DNA from: Trichoplax adhaerens
Taxonomy: Eukaryota > Animalia > Placozoa
DNA: 64,000 nucleotides
Assembly (NCBI RefSeq): GCF_000150275.1
Contig: NW_002060961.1
Span: 1,082,172 to 1,146,171, forward strand
Direction: 5' to 3'
Positions 15,217 through 25,765 of this stretch are shown piece after piece. Below the pieces are notes generated by a model. It was given only the letters and a program-made list of their open reading frames with translations. It was not told the DNA's origin and did not search any database. Position 1 is the stretch's first letter. Each line of letters starts with the position of its first letter. A program made the position numbers and the translations under genes.

Positions 15217-16365
15217 TTATTTAATGCTTTTTTTGTTGATTGTGACTGACATGTTAAGGTTCAAATCAGAATAACGTCGAAGTGTACTATCGAGTGTTAT
15301 ACAATGCTCACGTTTGATATCACCAAAACGGAAATATTTTAAAACATGGCTTCGCAGATCGGCAGTAAAGAATACGTAAATAAGCGGGCAAACCGCTGGA
15401 TAGGAAAAGGCGAAATATTGACTGATGCGTACAACGGTAGCTTGTAAATGTGTAATACGAGTGGATAAATAGAGGGATAGGAAGGTGATTACATAAGGCA
15501 TCCAAAAGAGGATAAATACACCAACAATGATGGCCATACTTCGTAATGCTTTAATATTGCGTATGATGGCATGCGTTGGGGTGGACGAAGGGCCATTCTG
15601 AAAGTATTGCTGGCGCCGCGTGTGATCATTGACAATAATTAAGATACGTCCATAGACAAAAACTAATACTATAAGGGGAATAAAAAATAATACAGTAAAT
15701 AATAATATTAAATAGACACGATGTTCGACAACGTCAGTTGGTCTTAACTGGACACATCGATGGCTAGAAAATTTCAAAAATGAGACTAAGGGTATAAAAA
15801 TAGCCAAAATGGGCAAGAACCATACGATAGCAATGAAGATCGCCGCTAGTCGTGGAGTAGCACGACGATTGTAACTAAATGGATGCGTTACTGAAACATA
15901 ACGATCGAAACTGACTAAACAAATGTGAGAATTTAAAATTAAAATAAACAAGATTCCGTTCATGGGAAGTAGTGTACAAGCAGCAGCATTTCGGCGCAAG
16001 TTGAGAATTTCATACAATGCCCATCGTGGCATTAAATAAGTGAGCGAATAACAAATTGCTGCCACCGCCATACTTGCAATCATCGCATTGGAGACATGAT
16101 GCAACGAACGATGCAGTGCAATGAGTAGAATTAACAGGCCATTGGTAGTGATGGTTAAAGCAGAAATAATGGAATAAGTGATTAATTTTTCCACAATGGC
16201 CGGTGGTATCGTGGCGGCGATCGTTGGCGTTGCATTTAGCGTGTTATTGCAAGTTGTCACCATGTTGGCCATACTGTGATTGCTTGTTGATGGAAGATGG
16301 GTATCATTGGACCAAGAAGAAATGGTAGTATTGCTATTCCAATTATTCATCCTGTCGTCATGCAT
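15217..16365 (-). CDS. Orphan class A GPCR (YLxPRW / FSYPA family)
   Basis: ORF with N-glycosylation-rich N-terminus, 7 TM segments, VSFDRY, FILFWMPY and AFSYPAVCPLIY. The track start (16368) is TTG; the first ATG is at 16365. Confidence 0.92.
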   Translation of the reverse strand: MHDDRMNNWNSNTTISSWSNDTHLPSTSNHSMANMVTTCNNTLNATPTIAATIPPAIVEKLITYSIISALTITTNGLLILLIALHRSLHHVSNAMIASMAVAAICYSLTYLMPRWALYEILNLRRNAAACTLLPMNGILFILILNSHICLVSFDRYVSVTHPFSYNRRATPRLAAIFIAIVWFLPILAIFIPLVSFLKFSSHRCVQLRPTDVVEHRVYLILLFTVLFFIPLIVLVFVYGRILIIVNDHTRRQQYFQNGPSSTPTHAIIRNIKALRSMAIIVGVFILFWMPYVITFLSLYLSTRITHLQATVVRISQYFAFSYPAVCPLIYVFFTADLRSHVLKYFRFGDIKREHCITLDSTLRRYSDLNLNMSVTINKKSIK

Positions 16366-16909
16366 CAACGTTATCCAGTGGAGATTGAATGGAGATTTTC
16401 AACCGGCACCCAAGGTTGAACAAGAAGCCAAATTTTTGAAATGATAAGAAGAAGAAATTGCACCCTACATCAATAATATGCAGAATGGCTTATTTACATA
16501 TTGCAATCGATGCTTATCTAGTCAACAATGTTGTCAAGCATTACAAATGGATCAGCAAACAGTATCAAGGATGGCCCACTTATCATGTATCATGCATGAC
16601 TGATGGCTTCATGGTTGGAATTAGAATGGAATTGCACCCATCCAACACGGCCAATTAAAAGGACAAACCCGATTGCAAGCAAACTCGACAAGAATAACAA
16701 CAGATTTGATTAAGCTGCAATCGACGATTGGATTAGCGATAGTTGGCCACCCCCAAAAAATTTCTACCTCCGATCAGCCGACGATGAAGATGGGCGGGTT
16801 CGATTAGACTATGACCAATGGGCGGTTGAGGTTGGCTTTGAATGAGTGTCGTGCGTCTTGATCGATCGTGTTTCCACGCGAAGTGGTATCGCACCGGCAT
16901 TGAAGCGAT

Positions 16910-17582
16910 ATTGTCCTGTCAGTCGACCTGAGACCGGTTGGGTCCGGGCCGAGTTGGATCGGTCGTCTCAGCTACAGTACACAGTACCCTAGCACGGTAG
17001 ACTCTACAGTGTACAGTACTGTCATGACTGCAGTCAGGTTTTGGCAGCCAACATACCGATACTGTGCGTATCGGTACGCGCTGGACTGACTACAGTCTCT
17101 GTCGACATGCAGGTTTGCTGTACTGTACACTGTACACTGTACGCGGTAGTGTCCACAGTGTCCAGGACCAACGCCAGTCAGTCTACAGTACATACTAGCC
17201 GTACAGTGTACAGTCTACAGTATCCGCCATGAACGACAGTACCGTACTGTAGAGGAAATTGTCCTGGAGCAATGTCGGTCGACCTGAGACCGATTAGGTC
17301 CAGGCCGAGTCGGATCGGTCGTCTGGACTACAGTACACAGTACTGTAGCCTAGCACGGTAGACTCTGTACTGTACAGTACTGTACTGTCCGTTTGGCAGC
17401 CAACATACCGGTCCGTATCGGTACGCGCTAGACTGAGCACAGTCGCTGTCGACATCCAGGTTTGCTGTACTGTACTGTACTGTACTGTCCTGTACCAACG
17501 CCAGTCAGTCTACTGTACTGTACTGTACAGTACTAGCCGTACAGTGTACAGTCTACAGTACACCACCGCACTGTAGTGGAAA
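16910..17582. repeat. Two diverged tandem GC-rich units (~348 and ~325 bp) interleaved with ACAGT/ACTGT pentamer tracts
   Basis: Unit A starts ATTGTCCTG at 16910 and unit B at 17258. Shared blocks include GTCGACCTGAGACCG, GGATCGGTCGTCT, TTGGCAGCCAACATACCG and ACCAACGCCAGTCAGTCTAC. Confidence 0.85.
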
Positions 17583-17698
17583 TGGCCACTCCTATCCAAT
17601 GCACCTGTCACTTCAATCATTCACGTCACAAAGTCGAGTGACGCATGTCCAAATGGACTGCGGTTAGACCTGAGAAAGGTTCGGTGCGGTTCCAAACC

Positions 17699-18379
17699 GT
17701 GATGATCTATATGTCTGGGTAAAATGAACGACCTGACTATTGGAGGACGCGATTGCAATTTTTTTTTCGCCTTGCAATGTGGTCGAGTGTGGAAGGAGGA
17801 GAAGAAGTTGCAATTGCTTCTAGACTTTTAGTGTCCAGTAATGATCTATGTCTGGGTAAAATGAACGACCTGACTATTGGAGGACGCGATTGCAATTTTT
17901 TTTTCGCCTTGCAATGTGGTCGAGTGTGGAAGGAGAAGAAGAAGTTGCAATTGCTTCTAGACTTTTAGTGTCCAGTAATGATCTATGTCTGGGTAAAATG
18001 AACGACCTGACTATTGGAGGACGCGATTGCAATTTTTTTTTCGCCTTGCAATGTGGTAGAGTGTGGAAGGAGGAGAAGAAGTTGCAATTGCTTCTAGTGT
18101 CCAGTAATGATCGATGTCTGGATTAAATGAACGACCTGACTATTAGCGGACGCGATTGCAATTTCTTTTTTTTTTCGCCTTGCAATGTGGTAGAGTGTGG
18201 AAGGAGGAGAAGAAGTTGCAATTGCTTCTAGACTTTTAGTGTCCAGTAATGATCTATGTCTGGGTTAAATGAACGACCTGACTATTGGCGGACGCGATTG
18301 CAATTTCTTTTTTTCGCCTTGCAATGTGGTCGAGTGTAGAAGGAGAAGAAGAAGTTGCAATTGCTTCTAGTGTCCAGTA
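17699..18379 (+). repeat. Tandem array of five 129-142-bp units, each containing a long imperfect hairpin
   Basis: Units start at 17699, 17838, 17975, 18104 and 18246. They are near-identical, with the arm GCGATTGCAAT9CGCCTT pairing to AAGGAGGAGAAGAAGTTGCAATTGC. Confidence 0.95.
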
Positions 18380-21300
18380 GATTAAACCGACACACCATGC
18401 CGTGCCAATCAGACTTTTTTGACACTATTTTTATCAGTAATGGATGACTTCTGCACAAACACAAATAGAGTAAATACAGTTCAAGACTGAAATCGTTTTC
18501 AAGCTTGCGATAGTTGGCTCAAGTGCGACACCAGTACAAGACGCGTATTTTACAAGAAATTTCCAACAGTCCCATGCCCCAATCTACCAACTGCGACTTC
18601 TTTCCCTCAAAAGTTCCTGTAACTAGCATACTATATTGTCGATTCTACATTTCCAAAAAACGTCAATGGCCTTGCATTTCTCTTTGTAGCTTGGTCACTA
18701 CAGTATTACTAGTGCAATCATAATATGCAATCAATACAGTAAATGCGTTCTGTAAAACAATCAAAATCATAATCACGTCGATGGTGTGGTGAACCTCGGC
18801 AATGGCTTACTCCCGATAGCAAGGCAATATCCGGCCAATTTGAAAGAACAAATGGACAATGTTACCCTATGCAAATAAAAAGTCATGACCGTGGATCACT
18901 GCTTACGAGCATATCGACATGACTACCGACTCGCCATGACGTCAAGCTGGATCGTAGGAGAAAACATAGACTTATCAAGTAATTGCTGAAGTAGTTCTAG
19001 CAGTAGTGACTGCAGCACAAATGCAATAACAGTCAATAAAGAATATTGTATCGACGTCATCTTAGCGCTAATCCAAACTCCAACGGAAATCATTGATGCT
19101 ACAGTATGATTCCAAGTCAGGCAGTGAGATTGTACATCAATGATCCTTGGCAATTTAGTGGGCAAATGAACGAATGGAATAAAATCAAATTGGCAGGAAA
19201 TTGAGTTTCTTGTCCTATTTTCAGATACTTTATATTAATTAAGCAAAGAATCAATCATTTGTATTCTTTGCATTTCTTTGTTCAACAGTTGCATAGGCAT
19301 TCTCTTACTGTACGCATGGAGATTTTACTTACTATAGATGTTATATAATATAGTCCTTCGACATAAAATAGCATTGGTAGAACTACACGAATGGTAACAG
19401 TAGCACACGAACAATCCAAATCCCTTTTCTTCACGCTAACTCAGTCACGAAAACCTTTTTCAGAACACTATTGACGAGTAACTTCTACTTGCAAGAATAG
19501 CAATGGCGCTCGCTTTACTTCGCATACTGCGTGGACTTGCATTTTCTACTCGCTAATTGATCCATTGGTATTGACACTACGAGAATGACATTGACTAATT
19601 TTCAGTTGTATCATCAGTAGCCTGGTTTTAAACTTGAATGATTTGAACTTATCTATCCTCTTTTGTAGTGGAGCTACTTTTAACTGGTTAAAAGTAGCTT
19701 TACACGAGCAGTGTATATTACAAAGATAAGCCAAAATTGGACGTTTACATCTTATGAATTAGTTAATGATACTCATGTAGTCAATAAAATAGGTGAGATC
19801 TGCGGCAAATGGAAAATAAATTAAAAAGAAATGGACGTCTAAAAATTGTCTGTTATGCTATTACCAGTATATCCTTAGCTAGTGGCGAAGGATTTTTGAT
19901 CTTGTAATGAAATACTCGATCGGCATATTGGGACAGTCGATACTAATAGCCAATACGAAGAACGACGCGAAAAAGGATATCAAAAATGAGCGTTATGATT
20001 GCCACTTGCATCCTTAGCCATACTGAGTAGATCTATCGTCTTGATGATCAAGGAGTTACATCATGAAATTGTGATTTTTTTACTGTATTTAAACTTTGTG
20101 GTTGCAAAGGATAGCTCAAATGACATCGGCAATGTTTATTGTGGCATACTCGCACTCGATGCGGTCAATAATAGCATTCATTAGTCCACAGCACGGTCAA
20201 TAAGGACGAGAATAGAATCACAGCGATCCATTTTCTCATACGTCATCAGCCGGTAAATTGTTGGCGACATTAATGTCAAGTTTTCATTTTCTTATTAGAG
20301 TTAGAAATTCACACGGATATTCTCCATAGTTGTAGCCCGAAACAAATTGTTACTATGTAGGCATACAACGTCAAGGGAATGGGCAATTGTACAGCAATTA
20401 TCCCTTGTGCTTTCATCTAGTAACCTAATAGCAACTCATAAAGGATAATAGTATATTTTCCATACCGTAGGTTAGAAAAATATCGAGAATTCTATTACTG
20501 CGCGCGATATGCCATACATTGGTATGGCATGTGTTGTGGTAATAGAATTCTTTCATAAAATCTTCACAGTCATTAGATTGGAGAAACCTTGTCGATAATA
20601 TAGTTAAGAAAAAATTGATTACGCTATAGCGACTGCCTACTAATGAAGAACCTAAATGAGGAAATTTTCCACAGCGCAATGACGGTATTATTGCTTTAGT
20701 CGAAGTAGTAACCCATTTTTTCGTTTTTAAAATTGATTTCTAGTATGGCAAAATTAAGCCTTTCATACAGACTGCTTTGTATTCAGCTATGAAAGACTCC
20801 AACAACAATGAACAACTATAGATTCCCAGAAAAGTAGATTAATGTATACCCCATTCATTTTTAGGTATTAACAATAATTGACTATACGTACTAATCATGA
20901 ATTCAATAAAAGACAAAATTACTTAATGACACAGTAACTGTGGCGTTGGACAGGATCGTTAGAAATCTGAAGGCCTAATAAAAACTAAAAACGAACACAA
21001 TCTATCTTTCTTACGCCTATCTCTTGTGCAAGCAATCTATACGGGGAGACAATTTCTTGCCTTAAGCTGTGCATTGATCATGAATAGTTACAAACACGAT
21101 GTTAGTATACTCGGATAGAAAGTATCGATGCTTTAGTAGAAAGAAAGTTCTAATCGTCATACCATGTAGTCTTCGAGTGTTACTATCTACATAATGACGT
21201 TATAACTAGCAAAATTACAGGATCAAATCTTATTCTACTCGCGGGATAAGAATATATCTCCTTCATTTAGCATTAGCAATAATTTTATGATCAAGATCGA

Positions 21301-24300
21301 ACGGTAAATAAGATACCATTATATACAACCATCAAAAAATTCAATCAAAATTCATTAGCATGAAAAATGTCTGCATAATTAATGACTTTTGGAGTCAAAT
21401 TGGGATGCCGAATTTGACCATATTAATCAAGTAAAATGGGTTTATTTTGTAACGTAGTTCAGGAAAAACTGCATGAGTACACAATTCTCAAGTGTTTATA
21501 ACATAAATATAAATGTATCCAAAATACTACATATTATTCCTTTAGTTCTACAGTATTTGTCCTCCTTTTCTTACAAAATATGTAAATATGTAAATATTGT
21601 TGAGTATGATTATTGATACTATTCATTAACGTTATTGTCATAGATGGATATATTTGGGAGCAAAAAGAGAAACGATGAAAAAGAAAAGACATCGAAGGTC
21701 TTTCTTGAGATACTTGATAATTTTTTTACGGTTTATTTTAGCTAGAACGGTAAACACGACAGACTATCTGCATTGATGTATTCTCATGGCAACTGTAAAT
21801 ATAATCACTAATTTACAACTAATTTAACACTATGACTACCATGCATGATTGCTCTATTTTCAGTTATAGATATTCTATTCTATTATGTACCAAGTTTTTC
21901 TTATGATTTTAGAACCAAAAGTAAAAAGATTAAAGGAGTTCGCAGTAAGAGTCGAAAGATGTAGGATAAAAATTGTCATAAGTAATCCAAACTGTTTATG
22001 TAGATAATTTCTAGTGTTACGTTAGTATTTCGTGCGATTGATATCAACAAAACTTGATCAACTCACAAAGCATAAAAATACCTTGATTATCAGTATTCAA
22101 TATCTAATGAATAAATTATATATATATATTAAAAATCATACAGTCGTCCCCAATTGAACTAAAGAATCGCCCCACGCGCTAAATTTATAGCACATTTGTC
22201 AGAAAGGAATGCTAACACCCTTATAAGACCTATCTCATGATCTTTCTATCGTAGAATAATATCCTCTTTATTCAGATAGCTTACCTTGGTTAGGCTCAGT
22301 CCTGTTTTCACGATCAAATTGGATGGAATATCTAAAACTCTTTCAAAATTGAGTTTTATGCCACCAATTAATCTAGATAAGCAAAAATAAAATTGAGTGG
22401 GTAGCTGTCCGAGTTTTTTTCCATCAATAGGCATGTCGAACGCAAATATCCATTACTGCTAATGTTGCCATTCACATCCGGTTTGTGCCGATATGACTAG
22501 AATACCGTTATTAGCCTAACCTATCCACAGCTACTACTCGAGAAAGTAATAATTGAGCTAGTGTACTGTTCTATACGATCAATTATTTTATGCAACTTAG
22601 GTATGGGAAAAGCAAGAAGAAAATAAATGTGGTCTTACTTTCATGGTTCAAATTTCAAAAAAAGTTATAATAAATTATGCGGTTAATAGCTGCTAAAAGA
22701 GACTAGACTGTTTTAACTTCTTTGGCTGTCATTTTTCATTAATCAGCTAAAGTTGATAGAATAATCTATAGTTTCATTGATGTAAATTCTAAATTAGTCA
22801 TCAAATTTATTTGATACCTCTTTATTTTGCAAGTTAAACTAGAAGCTTAATATTTTTGTCTAGAATTATTTGGTAAACGATTGTTTAAGTTCTAGAATAA
22901 ATAGGCAATCAAAAGATAAATCGCTCGTTTATTTTTAATATGAAAGTTTCCCGGTTTTTCTGCTATGGTTATAATTGAACTATGTGAATCTATTAAATAT
23001 TTATTTGTATCTTGCCTAAAATTCATAACTGTCATAATATTGATCTAGTTAAGCATTTGGAATAATTAAGATCCTTTTACATTTATCTTTATCGTCCAGC
23101 GATATGAATAGGGATAATAAAAATATTTCAGATGACAAATAGTAGTGAAAAGCGATATCGAAATTCTTAATTCGACCGATAATCTGGATACAAATTGCGG
23201 AATATCAAGCCATGATTTACAATAAAATCGCATTTTTCGTAATAAATCAACTTCTGGAAATACGTTAGTCAATTAATGAGGCAGCATTAAACTTGATTTA
23301 TTATTAATTCTGATAATGAGGTAAAATAAATGTAAATTTCAGGGGTGTAAACTTATTAAACTATAGTTTAATATAATTTTAGTTAAAATGGAATGGTATG
23401 AATCAAAAATTAATATTGCATTTAATGATTAATTATAGATCATGGTAACTAAATGCTGTATCTATTCGATTTTGGTGAACGACTACTTTACTTCTGATGA
23501 TTCTAGATTAATCTTAATCTTTTGCTAAAACAACCGCATACGGAAGTATTAATCCTTTTCCGATGTTAAAGTAAATTATTAAATGATTTAACCGATAATC
23601 GTCACTAGTAAAGTTTACTAAACTATTAGGAAGCATTTTTATGTGAACGAAAATGGAAAATTGATTAACTTAATTTTAGTAACAGAGCTGAAAATTCTGC
23701 AAATAAGTCCAAGTGAGAAAACAAGTATTTGTTAAAACATTTTTTCGAAAGCAAAAAAAAATTGGGGAATCCGTCATTTATGGAGCCATAAGACGGTAGA
23801 TATTGCTTTCATTGTCATTATATTTAATATCCAATATATTCTCATAGATTCATGGATAAGTTTCCAAATAACTAAGCCAATGTAATCAGTTCATTGCCCT
23901 TTTACAAATTCTGAGCTGCAAGCAAAATCGACATCTTTCAAATGCTAGCGTATTTTATCGTAAGATGAATCTGCTGATCGTTTATATCGGAAGTTAAATC
24001 TGAATTTAGAACAGCTAATATTATTTTGTAACACAGCTACATTGACAATACTACCCTTGAAGCAATTGCTCAATTAGATATAGCATAAATCTGTTAATTT
24101 AGAGCTTACCTAATGCTGCTTAATTAATCTTGCTGGCGTGTTCTGAAATAATACCTTATATCGATTAAGGACCAGGAATGTAATATTTCGGTGAAAATAT
24201 AAAAGTTACAATTTAAACAAATTCATGATAAGGAAGAACGCTAATATAGATGTCCCTCAAGATACTGCTTCAAAATTCGATGAAGATTGAATTTTACAGA

Positions 24301-24320
24301 GTAAAAACTATTCATTCCAG

Positions 24321-25765
24321 ATTTTCTTTGTTGGTATTTATGGATACAAGGCAAGATCAAGGTTGAATAATAAACTAAAACATCAACGTGTTTATGAATA
24401 TCAGCCATTAAATATCCAAAGTATACTTTCTATACAAATTTTATTATCCAGAAATTAATGAAGTAAAATTGATTGGAATTAAATTTTTTTTCAACAAAGT
24501 ATAGACCAGCTGATCTTGGTAAACAATAAACGTGATGGTATATATCTGTAGGCACTTTGTAACTCTTTTCTTTCTATTTTATTTCTTATCAGCTTGATTT
24601 TTGACTTATTTATTGCATTGATGATGCTATAAGCCAATCAAAGTTTATCATTTGTATAAAACAATGTTTTGTTTAAGAAGCTATTTTAGAAATCGGAGTT
24701 GCCATTGATTAACATAGAATTGATTCATCCTCAATCAATGCTATAGTCAAAATATTTTTCAAGTAAGTTCGATTGTTATAAATTATTGATACTACTATCT
24801 CACTCACCAGTTAGTCTGATACAATCATAGATAGACAATTTTAGGAGTGAAATATAACCAATTATGTATATGCCCAGTTCAATGAACGCTTAATAGAATT
24901 AAATGGTAAATTAAACGGGAAAAAATAAAATGTTAAATTTTTGATAGCAAATAGTGCGGGATAAATTTGCATAAAAGTTTCATGATTGAATGATTTCTTG
25001 ATTGATTAATAAATTAATTTCATATAAAAGACGACGGCAATTTCTATCTGTAAACAGTAATCATCTTTTTTAAATTATTATAGGTATTGGGTAAATAGCT
25101 TTCGTTTCATAAAGTGAGGAAACTTTACAACTTCAATACAACTCTTGATATCAACGACATCGAATAATTTATCAACGAATGAATGAATCAACAAAAGATC
25201 TAACTTATAGTATGTCCATATATACATCAATTTATCGTTAATATTAATAGATAGGATTGTATATCTATGGCTTAAACAGGATCAAATAGTATAAATTTTA
25301 TGTAATTGGTTTGAAGCTTTAGCATAATAATATGAAATATACCATATCTGTAATTCAAAACCAGAATGTGGAGTGAGATACAAAACAAATTCCTTGAAAG
25401 AAATCAAAATCTTAATAGTATTATCGTTTCATGATTACCATCAATGACTTATTACAACGATGATGTAGATGATATGAAAAGATTGAAAACAACAATTAAA
25501 TCAAATAATAGATTGAACTATTGATAAAATGAAAATGTCATTCTTTTAGGTTATGTAAATAAATCTATTTCTTGCAATTAAATTAAATTGTTCTATATAT
25601 CAAAAATTCTTCTTTATAAACAATATTCGCTAAAGACGAAGAATAAATTAGATAATATGAACGGCTACATTGAACAATTTATATTGCGTCAATTGATGAG
25701 TACTTATTAGTATTTATCCTTTAGGTTAGTTTGACTCACCCATTCAAGGAATGTGTTGTTAAGAA
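24321..25765 (+). pseudogene. Possible degraded multi-exon 7TM gene of cAMP-receptor-like/TMEM116/GPR157 type
   Basis: AG-preceded segments at 24321, 24552, 25084, 25365 and 25725 give IFFVGIYGYKARSRL, ALCNSFLSILFLISLIFDLFIALMML, SFHKVRKLY, IIVS*LPS (TM6 'xxWLP' with TGG>TGA) and SPIQG (TM7 'PxQG'). Multiple stops. Confidence 0.3.

Noticed and set aside
17699-18379. CRISPR array, C/D-box snoRNA cluster, SECIS or hammerhead retrozyme interpretation of the tandem array
   Set aside because: There are no unique spacers or cas genes. GTGATGA is perfect only in unit 1 and lies ~30 nt from CTGA. No SECIS helix II and no CUGANGA/GAAA core were found on either strand.
17753-18464. ORFs 17753-17968, 17890-18126 and 18282-18464
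   Set aside because: Translations of the tandem repeat with non-ATG starts; unit lengths are mostly not multiples of 3.
18810-19165. 80-aa minus-strand ORF and nearby GTAAGC donors
   Set aside because: No recognisable domain; more likely 5'-UTR exons of the 15217-16365 GPCR, and unverifiable without transcripts.
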